Of a stretch of 64,000 nucleotides of DNA, positions 9,985 to 19,561 are shown in pieces. Position 1 is the first letter of the stretch. Each line of letters starts with the position of its first letter. The notes beneath the pieces were generated by a model, which searched no databases, was not told the origin of the DNA, and saw only the letters and a list, made by a program, of their open reading frames with translations. Made by a program: the position numbers and the translations under genes. Location of the stretch: positions 195-64,194 of the forward strand of contig CAJFLB010000013.1 of assembly GCA_904387305.1 (NCBI GenBank), in the 5' to 3' direction. The DNA comes from an uncultured Clostridia bacterium. Lineage in GTDB: Bacteria; Bacillota; Clostridia; TANB77; CAG-508.

Positions 9985-10106
9985 TTTTGGTAATTGAATA
10001 TTTTATAAAATTTTAAAATTATAATAACAAAAAATCATTTAAATGAATAAAAAAGAAAAAAATGCACATACCTAAAATAGAATAAAGAAAGGAAGTGCAT
10101 TTTTTT

Positions 10107-10343
10107 ATGGACGATAAAAAATTAAATAAATTTGAAAAAAAGAATAATGAAGATATTGGACATAGAGTTAATCGTGAGCTAGAAGAAAAATATGAAGTTG
10201 GAGAAGATAGCACCAAATATGGAGAATTTATTTCATCCTATTTTGCATGGATTTCTTTACCGAATCAAAAAGAAAGGGCAGAAGAATTGGATAATATGAC
10301 CAAAACTGAAAATGACAAAAATAAAAGAAAAAATGAAAAATAG
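10107..10343 (+). CDS. hypothetical small charged protein
   Basis: ORF with an AAAGGAAG RBS-like sequence upstream of ATG 10107. No family recognised. Confidence 0.35.
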   Translation: MDDKKLNKFEKKNNEDIGHRVNRELEEKYEVGEDSTKYGEFISSYFAWISLPNQKERAEELDNMTKTENDKNKRKNEK

Positions 10344-10428
10344 TGAGAAAAAAGTATAAAAAGACATAAAATTTGTAAAAAATCAAAAAAATTTCTAAAA
10401 ATTATGAATAAATTGAATAAAAATAAAG

Positions 10429-10456
10429 TTGAAAAAATATAAAAAGAGCGTATAAT
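10429..10456 (+). promoter_or_regulatory. sigma-A type promoter of the ctsR operon
   Basis: TTGAAA, 16-nt spacer, TATAAT. Confidence 0.6.
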
Positions 10457-10465
10457 AATAATGTA

Positions 10466-10488
10466 GGTCAAAGAAAGTCAAAGTCAAA
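10466..10488 (+). promoter_or_regulatory. CtsR operator (heptad direct repeats)
   Basis: GGTCAAAGAAAGTCAAAGTCAAA matches the A/GGTCAAA-NAN-A/GGTCAAA consensus. It lies immediately downstream of the -10 box. Confidence 0.8.
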
Positions 10489-10505
10489 AAAAGGAGATGA
10501 GACCA

Positions 10506-10952
10506 ATGCGAATGTCAGATGTAATAGAAGAATTTATAAAAGATCTATTTGATGATGATAATCAATTAGTAGAGATACAAAGAAATGAATTAGCAGAACA
10601 TTTTAATTGTGTACCGTCACAAATCAATTATGTTATATCAACAAGATTTAAACCATCTCAAGGATATTATGTAGAAAGTAAAAGAGGCGGCGGAGGTCAT
10701 ATTACCATAAAAAAAGTAAATAATACAAAGTCAGATTATTTTATGCACATTATTAAAAATATTGGAGAGGAAATGACTTCTAATGATGTGGATATACTAA
10801 TTAGTGACTTTCTAACTTATGATTTAATAACTAAAGAAGAAGCAAAGCTCTTAAAAGTAGCAACAAGTGATAATGTGTTGTTGTTAGCCAAAGATGTAAA
10901 GGATAAATTAAGAGCCAAGATATTTAAAAATATGTTATTAAATATAGAATAA
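10506..10952 (+). CDS. ctsR: class III stress gene repressor CtsR
   Basis: MRMSDVIEEFIK N-terminus, SKRGGGGHI glycine loop, first gene of the ctsR-mcsA-mcsB-clpC order. The start could be 10497, 10506 or 10512. Confidence 0.85.
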   Translation: MRMSDVIEEFIKDLFDDDNQLVEIQRNELAEHFNCVPSQINYVISTRFKPSQGYYVESKRGGGGHITIKKVNNTKSDYFMHIIKNIGEEMTSNDVDILISDFLTYDLITKEEAKLLKVATSDNVLLLAKDVKDKLRAKIFKNMLLNIE

Positions 10953-10965
10953 AGGAGGAATTATT

Positions 10966-11532
10966 ATGTTATGTGATAATTGTAAAAAAAGAGAAGCAAA
11001 CGTAAGATATTCAGAAAATATAAATGGAGTAAGAAGAGAATTAAATTTATGTGAGGAATGTAGTAAAAAATTAGGAATAGGTGAAATTGGATTAGATCTG
11101 CCAATTAATTTTTCAAGTTTTTTCGGAGATTTCATAGAAGATTTTTCAAATACAGAATTTATGCCAATGTTTAATGAATTAAAGACATTAAAATGTGATC
11201 ATTGTGGATACACTTTTGAGGATATTGCACACACTGGAAGAGTCGGCTGTGCAAATTGTTATGATGTTTTTCAAGACAGACTAGATCCGATTATTAGAAG
11301 AATCCAAAGTAGTAATCGTCATGTAGGAAGATTAGGAAAAAGTATTGATAAGAAAATAGAAGAAAGACAGGAAAGAAAAGAACACAATGAGCAACGTAAA
11401 AAAGAAGAGACTCCAGAAGAAAAACTAGAAGGATTAAAAGAAGATTTGAAACAAGCAATAAAAGAAGAACGATATGAAGATGCTGCAAAACTAAGAGATG
11501 AAATCAAAAAAATAGAAGAAAATAACAAATAG
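10966..11532 (+). CDS. mcsA: protein arginine kinase activator McsA (UVR-domain, zinc-finger protein)
   Basis: CxxC pairs (CDNCKKREA, CEECSKK, CDHCG, CANCY) and a C-terminal UVR-like EERYEDAAKLRDEI. Confidence 0.85.
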   Translation: MLCDNCKKREANVRYSENINGVRRELNLCEECSKKLGIGEIGLDLPINFSSFFGDFIEDFSNTEFMPMFNELKTLKCDHCGYTFEDIAHTGRVGCANCYDVFQDRLDPIIRRIQSSNRHVGRLGKSIDKKIEERQERKEHNEQRKKEETPEEKLEGLKEDLKQAIKEERYEDAAKLRDEIKKIEENNK

Positions 11533-11546
11533 AAAAGAGGGATAAC

Positions 11547-12554
11547 ATGAATTGGTATTTACAAAGTGGAAAAGAATCAGATATAGCAATTAATACGAGA
11601 ATACGTTTTTCAAGAAATATACAAGGATATAACTTTCATTTGAGTCCAAAAGAATTACAAGAGTTAGAAAATAAAATAAAAGATAATGTATATCAAATAG
11701 GATATGGATTAAGATTTTTAAAACTAGAAGATATGGATGATATTACAAAATTAAGTTTAGTGGAAAAAGATTTGATTAACTACAATTTTGCTTTTGAATC
11801 AAGTAATATAGGAGCTATTTTAGTCAATGATGAAGAAAATATTTGTATCATGATAGGAGAAGATGATCATTTAAAAATACAAGTATTTAGTAGTGGATTG
11901 GAATTAGAAAATACATTAAATCTAGCAATTGAAATTGATAAAAAAATAGAAGACATATTTGGTTATTGTGTTAGTAAACAATATGGCTATTTAACTGCTT
12001 GTCCTAATAATATTGGAACAGGATTAAAAGCTTCTGTAAAATTGCATTTACCGGCTTTGGCAAAAACAAGAAATACAGAAAAAGTGTTAGAAGCCATTAA
12101 TAATTTTGGTATCAATATCAAAGGAGTTTATGATGAAGCAGGCCATATTGTTGGAGATATGTATGAAATATCTAATAAGAAAACATTAGGAATTACAGAA
12201 AATGAGATTATACAAAATATTAAGATTATTGTAGAAAAAGTTATCAAACAAGAAAGAGAAGCTAGAAGATTTTTAGCAAATGAAGGTATTGAAGTTGAAG
12301 ATTTAATTTATAGAAATTATGGAATTTTAACAAATTGCAAGAAGATTACTATGGAAGAAGCAGAAAATCTATTGTCTACTGTAAAACTAGGAGTAGATTT
12401 AGGGATTTTAAAAGAATTATCTGATTTACAAATTCAAAAACTGTACTTATACATTGGGACAGGTAATTTACAAAAATATTTTGGAGAGCAATATGAAAGA
12501 TTAGATAGGGAAATCAAGAGAGCTGAAATGATTAAACAGGTAATTAATCAATAA
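11547..12554 (+). CDS. mcsB: protein arginine kinase McsB
   Basis: Phosphagen-kinase core (RIRFSRN, CPNNIGTGLKASV), 335 aa, operon position. Confidence 0.9.
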   Translation: MNWYLQSGKESDIAINTRIRFSRNIQGYNFHLSPKELQELENKIKDNVYQIGYGLRFLKLEDMDDITKLSLVEKDLINYNFAFESSNIGAILVNDEENICIMIGEDDHLKIQVFSSGLELENTLNLAIEIDKKIEDIFGYCVSKQYGYLTACPNNIGTGLKASVKLHLPALAKTRNTEKVLEAINNFGINIKGVYDEAGHIVGDMYEISNKKTLGITENEIIQNIKIIVEKVIKQEREARRFLANEGIEVEDLIYRNYGILTNCKKITMEEAENLLSTVKLGVDLGILKELSDLQIQKLYLYIGTGNLQKYFGEQYERLDREIKRAEMIKQVINQ

Positions 12555-12611
12555 AAAAATAATTTTTTATAATAAAAGATAGCCTCACAAGGAGGCTAAT
12601 TGGAAGTTTTA

Positions 12612-12770
12612 TTATAATTTGTCATTGATATTTTTTATAATTTTACTTAGCACATCGCAGATGGACAAAGTGGCTATAGCAATTGCAAGTAAGATATACA
12701 CGATGTCTTTGTTAGAACTTGTTAATAAATTAATAAGAGCCAGTACAAAAATCAATGAGCAATATTTCAT
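12612..12770 (-). CDS. hypothetical 52-aa membrane peptide encoded antisense between mcsB and clpC
   Basis: Not in the ORF track (under 60 aa). GGAAGGAGG RBS, 6-nt spacer, ATG. Product MKYCSLIFVLALINLLTSSNKDIVYILLAIAIATLSICDVLSKIIKNINDKL has two hydrophobic stretches. Confidence 0.4.
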   Translation of the reverse strand: MKYCSLIFVLALINLLTSSNKDIVYILLAIAIATLSICDVLSKIIKNINDKL

Positions 12771-12893
12771 GGAAAATCCTCCTTCCATAGTTGAAACAAT
12801 CCAAGAAAAGACTCGGAATTACAAGTTACAATGCTAGGTAGCATAAGTAAATTATATCATATATTGAAACCAGAATAAAGCAAAAATAGAAAA

Positions 12894-12924
12894 TGTCCCA
12901 AACAGAAACGTCCCCAATGGGACA
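12894..12924 (-). repeat. solitary copy of the 31-bp GGGAC element (one mismatch)
   Basis: TGTCCCAAACAGAAACGTCCCCAATGGGACA, 26 nt upstream of the clpC start. Confidence 0.9.
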
Positions 12925-12949
12925 AAAAAAGAAAGGTAAGGTGATAATA

Positions 12950-15397
12950 ATGACATATAATTTTACAAGTAGAGCAAAAAAGGCAATAGAGATTGCCAAT
13001 GATGCAGCATTAGAATTAGGACATAGATATATTGGAACAGAACATTTGCTATATGGTTTAGCAAAAGAAGGCAGTGGTGTAGCATCTAAAGTATTAGAAA
13101 ACCAAGAGATTACACCAGAAAATATCATAGATGTAACCATTGAATTGGTGGGAAAAGATGAAACAATTGAAGAGACATTAGGATTTACGCCAAGAACCAA
13201 AAGGGTTATTGAAAATGCATTTATTGAAGCAAGAAAATTAGGATATAACTATATAGGAACAGAACATCTTTTAATTGGATTATTAAGAGAGGGAGATAGT
13301 GTAGCTGCAAGAATTTTAATTGAATTAAATGTGAATATTCCAAAACTGTATGGAGAAATCATAAGAGTGATTAATGAAGGTGAAGACTTAGCAGGAGAAA
13401 GTGATTCTAAAAGCGGAAGAAGAAAATCTGGAAGTTATAACCAAACACCAACATTAAATCAATTTGGAGAAGATTTAACTGAAAAAGCAAAAGAAGGAAA
13501 ATTAGATCCAATTATTGGAAGAAAAGAAGAAATTGAAAGGGTTATCCAAATTTTATCAAGAAGAACAAAAAATAATCCATGTTTAATTGGTGAACCAGGT
13601 GTTGGTAAGACAGCAGTTGTAGAAGGATTGGCACAAAAAATTGTGTCAGGAGATGTTCCAGAAATTCTAAAAAATAAAAGAGTGGTTACTGTTGATATTT
13701 CTAGTATGGTAGCTGGAGCAAAATATAGAGGAGATTTTGAAGAAAGAATCAAAAAAGCATTGAATGAAGTCAAAAAAGCAGGAGATGTTATCCTATTTAT
13801 TGATGAAGTTCATACAATTGTGGGAGCAGGTTCTGCAGAAGGAGCAATTGATGCAGCAAATATTTTAAAACCATTATTGGCAAGAGGAGAAATTCAATTA
13901 GTAGGTGCAACAACATTAAATGAATATAGAAAATTTATTGAAAAGGATTCTGCCTTAGAGAGAAGATTTAGCCCAGTAACGGTTAATGAACCATCAGAAA
14001 AAGATACCATTACGATTTTAAAAGGAATTAAAGATAAATATGAAGCCCATCATAATGTGAAAATAACAGATGAGGCAATTGATGCAGCAGTCAAATTATC
14101 TGTTAGATATATTAATGATAGATATTTACCAGATAAGGCAATTGACTTAATAGATGAAGCAGCATCAAGAGCCAGATTAAAAACATATACAGAGCCAGAT
14201 TCTTTAAAAGAATTGGAAGAAGAACTTGCCAATGTAACAAAAGACAAAGAAGAAGCTGTTAAAATTCAAAAATTTGAAAAAGCGGCATCCTTAAGGGATA
14301 AAGAGAGAGAATTAAAATCAAAATATGAAAAGGAACAAAATAAATGGAAAAATAAAAATAATAAATCTGTAACAGACATTACAGAGGAAAATATTGCAGA
14401 AGTAATTGCTAACTGGACAGGAATACCAGCCAAAAAGATTACAGAGGATGAAAATGAAAGATTAAAACATTTAGAAGAAAATTTGCATGAAAGAGTAATT
14501 GGTCAAAATGAAGCCGTAGAGGCAGTTGCAAAGGCAATCAGAAGAGGAAGAGTTGGGTTAAAAGATCCAAAGAGACCAATTGGTTCATTCTTATTCCTAG
14601 GACCAACAGGTGTAGGTAAAACAGAATTATCAAAAGCATTGGCAGAATGCTTATTTGGCGATGAAAATGCTATGATAAGAATTGATATGTCTGAATATAT
14701 GGAACCACATTCTGTATCTAAATTAATTGGTTCACCTCCAGGATATGTAGGATTTGATGAAGGTGGTCAATTAACAGAGAAAATAAGAAGAAAACCATAT
14801 TCTGTTATCTTATTTGATGAAATTGAAAAAGCGCATCCAGATGTGATGAACATGTTACTTCAAATATTAGAAGATGGTAGATTAACAGATAGCCAAGGAA
14901 GAACAGTTAATTTTAAGAATACAGTTATTATCATGACTTCTAATATAGGAGCAAGATTAATTACAGACAAAAAATCTTTAGGTTTCTCAAATGCTAAAAA
15001 TACGGAAGATACACAAAAAGAATATGAAGAAACCAAAAAAGAAGTTATGGAGGCTTTGAAAAAAGAATTAAGACCAGAATTTATTAATCGTATTGATGAA
15101 ATTATTGTATTCCATAAATTAACAGATGAGGAAATTGATAAGATTATTGATATTATGCTAAAAGAAGTAGTGGATAGATTAAAAGACCAAAAAATAGAAA
15201 TTGAATTAGAGCCATCTGTTAAAAAGTTAATTGCAAGTAAAGGAATTGATAAAAACTTTGGTGCAAGACCTTTAAGAAGAACGATTCAAAGTGTATTAGA
15301 AGATAGTTTAGCTGAAGAAATATTAGATGGTAAGTTGAAAAAGAATAAAGTTAACAAGATTGCTGTTAAAGATGAGAAAGTAGTTGTAGAGAAATAA
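12950..15397 (+). CDS. clpC: ATP-dependent Clp protease ATP-binding subunit ClpC
   Basis: Clp_N repeats (GHRYIGTEHLLYGL, GYNYIGTEHLLIGL), two Walker A sites (GEPGVGKT, GPTGVGKT), a UVR linker. Start set at MTYNFTSRAKKAIE. The track ORF N-terminal extension is translation of the repeat element. Confidence 0.92.
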   Translation: MTYNFTSRAKKAIEIANDAALELGHRYIGTEHLLYGLAKEGSGVASKVLENQEITPENIIDVTIELVGKDETIEETLGFTPRTKRVIENAFIEARKLGYNYIGTEHLLIGLLREGDSVAARILIELNVNIPKLYGEIIRVINEGEDLAGESDSKSGRRKSGSYNQTPTLNQFGEDLTEKAKEGKLDPIIGRKEEIERVIQILSRRTKNNPCLIGEPGVGKTAVVEGLAQKIVSGDVPEILKNKRVVTVDISSMVAGAKYRGDFEERIKKALNEVKKAGDVILFIDEVHTIVGAGSAEGAIDAANILKPLLARGEIQLVGATTLNEYRKFIEKDSALERRFSPVTVNEPSEKDTITILKGIKDKYEAHHNVKITDEAIDAAVKLSVRYINDRYLPDKAIDLIDEAASRARLKTYTEPDSLKELEEELANVTKDKEEAVKIQKFEKAASLRDKERELKSKYEKEQNKWKNKNNKSVTDITEENIAEVIANWTGIPAKKITEDENERLKHLEENLHERVIGQNEAVEAVAKAIRRGRVGLKDPKRPIGSFLFLGPTGVGKTELSKALAECLFGDENAMIRIDMSEYMEPHSVSKLIGSPPGYVGFDEGGQLTEKIRRKPYSVILFDEIEKAHPDVMNMLLQILEDGRLTDSQGRTVNFKNTVIIMTSNIGARLITDKKSLGFSNAKNTEDTQKEYEETKKEVMEALKKELRPEFINRIDEIIVFHKLTDEEIDKIIDIMLKEVVDRLKDQKIEIELEPSVKKLIASKGIDKNFGARPLRRTIQSVLEDSLAEEILDGKLKKNKVNKIAVKDEKVVVEK

Positions 15398-15426
15398 AAA
15401 AATTTGAGACATTAAAAAATAGAAAA

Positions 15427-15458
15427 AGAGCCTTGTGTGGGGTACAAGGCTCTCTTCT
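15427..15458 (+). terminator. probable terminator after clpC
   Basis: GAGCCTTGT / ACAAGGCTC stem with a T-rich tail. Confidence 0.6.
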
Positions 15459-15617
15459 ACAGGAGTATTTAGTTTTTCGTTGAATCAAGATTAGCTTTTT
15501 CCAGCTCTTCTTTTTTTATTTGGACAAATATTACAAGATTTTGAATTTAGGAATATATTGAAAAATCAAGTAATATAATAAATGTGTGAACTTTATGTGA
15601 AAAATCAAAAAATAGTA

Positions 15618-15646
15618 TTGACATTTCATAAAAATGGGTATACATT
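15618..15646 (+). promoter_or_regulatory. sigma-A promoter of groESL
   Basis: TTGACA, 17-nt spacer, TACATT. Confidence 0.7.
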
Positions 15647-15647
15647 A

Positions 15648-15674
15648 TTAGCAGTCACAAAGATAGAGTGCTAA
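15648..15674 (+). promoter_or_regulatory. CIRCE operator (HrcA binding site)
   Basis: TTAGCAGTC-N9-GAGTGCTAA against the consensus TTAGCACTC-N9-GAGTGCTAA. Confidence 0.9.
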
Positions 15675-15694
15675 AAATAAAGGAGGTAATTTAA

Positions 15695-15976
<282 letters not shown>

Positions 15977-15983
15977 AAAACTG

Positions 15984-16150
15984 TTCATCATCAGATATCA
16001 TATGATTATTTCTTATACCTTGTGTGTCGCAACTACTTATGTTGAAAGATAAATCTTTCAACGAAGGAAAGTTGCTCCAATCGCACCACTAACGTTCGTT
16101 TGGTCGCTTACGCGGTATTGCAAAACAATAATATGATATCTGATGATGAA
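15984..16150. repeat. 167-bp palindromic insertion between groES and groEL (20-bp perfect terminal inverted repeats, nested inner hairpins)
   Basis: TTCATCATCAGATATCATAT at 15984-16003 and its exact reverse complement at 16131-16150. Inner hairpin GTTGAAAGAT-AAA-TCTTTCAAC. Confidence 0.85.
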
Positions 16151-16173
16151 TAATACAGAAAAAATAAATTTAA

Positions 16174-17856
<1,683 letters not shown>

Positions 17857-17874
17857 TCAATATAGTAAATATAA

Positions 17875-17918
17875 AAAATAGAACGTTTGAAGTGTACTTC
17901 AGTGACGTTCTATTTTTT
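17875..17918 (+). terminator. rho-independent terminator after groEL
   Basis: AATAGAACGT / ACGTTCTATT stem followed by TTTTTT. Confidence 0.85.
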
Positions 17919-17990
17919 GAAAATAAAATTATATTATTTATTGGAATTTACAAATTAAAGGTAGGGTATAAAATTTACAAAAAATTAACA

Positions 17991-18440
17991 TTAAAAAGAT
18001 GAACTAAAACAATTTAAAAGTATAATTGGTATCAAAATAGCAATAATTATTAATAAGATACCTATAATTGTAAATATTCTTCCAAGTGTTCTGGGAAGGG
18101 TTTCATTAGCAACATAAAATTCATTATAATTTTCTGGATTAAACAAGATTTCAACATCTTGTCCAATAGCAAATTTTGACTCTGAAAAACCATAGAAAGA
18201 TTCTTTAACATATTTTAAATTGCCTATTGTATATTCAAATACCGGATGCCAACTATAAGTATAGGTACTATCTATACCTCTATTTTCATGTTTAAGAATA
18301 TCAATAACTTTTCCATGAGTTTTAGAGGTACAATTTTTTTCTTTTTTCTTTCTATTTTTTAGAATAATCATTCCACTAATGAAAAAAATAAGACCAATTA
18401 ATCCAGAAATTCCAGAAAAAGCAGCAATAAAAATTTTCAT
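17991..18440 (-). CDS. DUF3592-like membrane protein
   Basis: Two flanking TM helices around a beta-rich core (GKVIDILKHENRG...WHPVFEYTIGNLKY). Confidence 0.5.
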   Translation of the reverse strand: MKIFIAAFSGISGLIGLIFFISGMIILKNRKKKEKNCTSKTHGKVIDILKHENRGIDSTYTYSWHPVFEYTIGNLKYVKESFYGFSESKFAIGQDVEILFNPENYNEFYVANETLPRTLGRIFTIIGILLIIIAILIPIILLNCFSSSF

Positions 18441-18586
18441 ATGTAAAATACTCCTTTCAAATTTAATATGTATTTTTTATATCATTATATTAAAAAAAAG
18501 TCAATTTATTTATACATATTTAAATTTCGATTCCACACATCTCTATATAAAATAAAAAAAGTAGTATTTTATTAAATACTACTTTC

Positions 18587-18662
<76 letters not shown>

Positions 18663-18688
18663 ATAAATTTGAATAATTTACAAAAAAA

Positions 18689-18765
18689 TGGCGACCCGGA
18701 ACGGGCTCGAACCGTCGACCTCTAGCGTGACAGGCTAGCGTTCTAACCAACTGAACTACCGGGCC
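18689..18765 (-). tRNA. tRNA-Asp (anticodon GTC), CCA encoded
   Basis: Reverse complement GGCCCGGTAGTTCAGTTGGTTAGAACGCTAGCCTGTCACGCTAGAGGTCGACGGTTCGAGCCCGTTCCGGGTCGCCA. Confidence 0.95.
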
Positions 18766-18800
18766 GTAAAAAACATGGTGGGGCCGTAAAAAACATGGTG
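18761..18800. repeat. perfect 20-bp tandem duplication spanning the tRNA-Val / tRNA-Asp junction
   Basis: GGGCCGTAAAAAACATGGTG occurs twice in direct succession. Confidence 0.95.
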
Positions 18801-18871
18801 GTCGCTACAGGGCTCGAACCTGTGACCCCCTGCTTGTAAGGCAGATGCTCTCCCAGCTGAGCTAAGCGACC
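18796..18871 (-). tRNA. tRNA-Val (anticodon TAC), CCA encoded
   Basis: Reverse complement GGTCGCTTAGCTCAGCTGGGAGAGCATCTGCCTTACAAGCAGGGGGTCACAGGTTCGAGCCCTGTAGCGACCACCA. Confidence 0.95.
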
Positions 18872-18891
18872 ATGTCCTTTCGACGAAACCT

Positions 18892-18920
18892 AGTATACAA
18901 AATTTTTAATAAGTTGTCAA
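18892..18920 (-). promoter_or_regulatory. sigma-A promoter of the tRNA Val-Asp-Phe operon
   Basis: On the minus strand: TTGACA, 17-nt spacer, TATACT, about 20 nt upstream of tRNA-Val. Confidence 0.7.
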
Positions 18921-19124
18921 TAGATTTTTATAAAAAATTTAAAAAAATTCAAAAAAATTTGAGAACCGATCTCCAAACATCTTGAAAAAACTGGCATAAA
19001 AGAAAATTCGATTTTAAAAATAAAAAATAGAAACAGTAACACAAATCAATAAAAAACATATTATATATCATACAGAAGAAAGAAAAGAAAAACATAGTTC
19101 TTTTAACGGAAGGAGGTCTAGACT

Positions 19125-19241
19125 ATGCCAGAGAACAGAGGATGTGGAGGATTCGGATTTGGTGATGATTGCTGCTGGATTATAATCCTTATATTATTAA
19201 TATGCTGTTGTTGTGGAGGTAACAGAGGAGGATGTTGCTAA
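19125..19241 (+). CDS. 38-aa Gly/Cys-rich tiny membrane protein, YjcZ-like sporulation peptide
   Basis: Not in the ORF track. GGAAGGAGG RBS, then MPENRGCGGFGFGDDCCWIIILILLICCCCGGNRGGCC. Confidence 0.55.
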   Translation: MPENRGCGGFGFGDDCCWIIILILLICCCCGGNRGGCC

Positions 19242-19309
19242 TCCTTTAGAGTTGCTTGACGAATAGAAAAAATGATTTTTCTATTCAATAAAAAACAACT
19301 TTGTCTTAA

Positions 19310-19338
19310 AAAGAGAAGTGGTTTTCACTTCTCTTTTG
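19310..19338 (+). terminator. rho-independent terminator after the YjcZ-like gene
   Basis: AGAGAAGTG / CACTTCTCT stem followed by TTTT. Confidence 0.7.
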
Positions 19339-19367
19339 TCCTTTTGGGGACGTTTCTGTTTGGGACA
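19337..19367 (+). repeat. 31-bp GGGAC element, left copy of an inverted pair (2 mismatches)
   Basis: TGTCCTTTTGGGGACGTTTCTGTTTGGGACA. Confidence 0.9.
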
Positions 19368-19530
19368 TTTTTCTATGAGATTATTTTTTTTGAAAAAAGC
19401 AAATGTAGTAAATTTTATGAAATTACAAATGCAAATGGAAGAATTTTAGAATTTATTTATTCTGCAATGCTCGCCGAGTCATGAATAAAATTTACTACAT
19501 TTGCTTTTAATTAAATGAATATAATAGAAA

Positions 19531-19561
19531 TGTCCCAAACAGAAACGTCCCCAATTGGACA
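19531..19561 (-). repeat. 31-bp GGGAC element, right copy of an inverted pair (163-bp cargo)
   Basis: TGTCCCAAACAGAAACGTCCCCAATTGGACA, abutting the stop codon of the CoA-ligase gene. Confidence 0.9.

Noticed and set aside
12619-12837. Plus-strand 72-aa track ORF containing an in-frame ACT CGG AAT
   Set aside because: It has no RBS and an odd composition, and it lies in the mcsB-clpC spacer. The opposite strand carries a short ORF with a near-perfect RBS. It was therefore not counted as a fifth CGG site, nor as evidence against the CGG pattern.
12893-12949. N-terminal extension of the clpC track ORF (MSQTETSPMGQKKKGKVII) and the similar MSQTETSPIGQ start of ORF 29814..30080
   Set aside because: Both are simply translations of the 31-bp repeat element. 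ClpC homology begins at MTYNFTSRAKKAIE (12950), which has its own RBS.
19272-19484. 70-aa track ORF downstream of the YjcZ-like gene
   Set aside because: It runs through two terminator hairpins and the 31-bp element and its cargo. It has no RBS.
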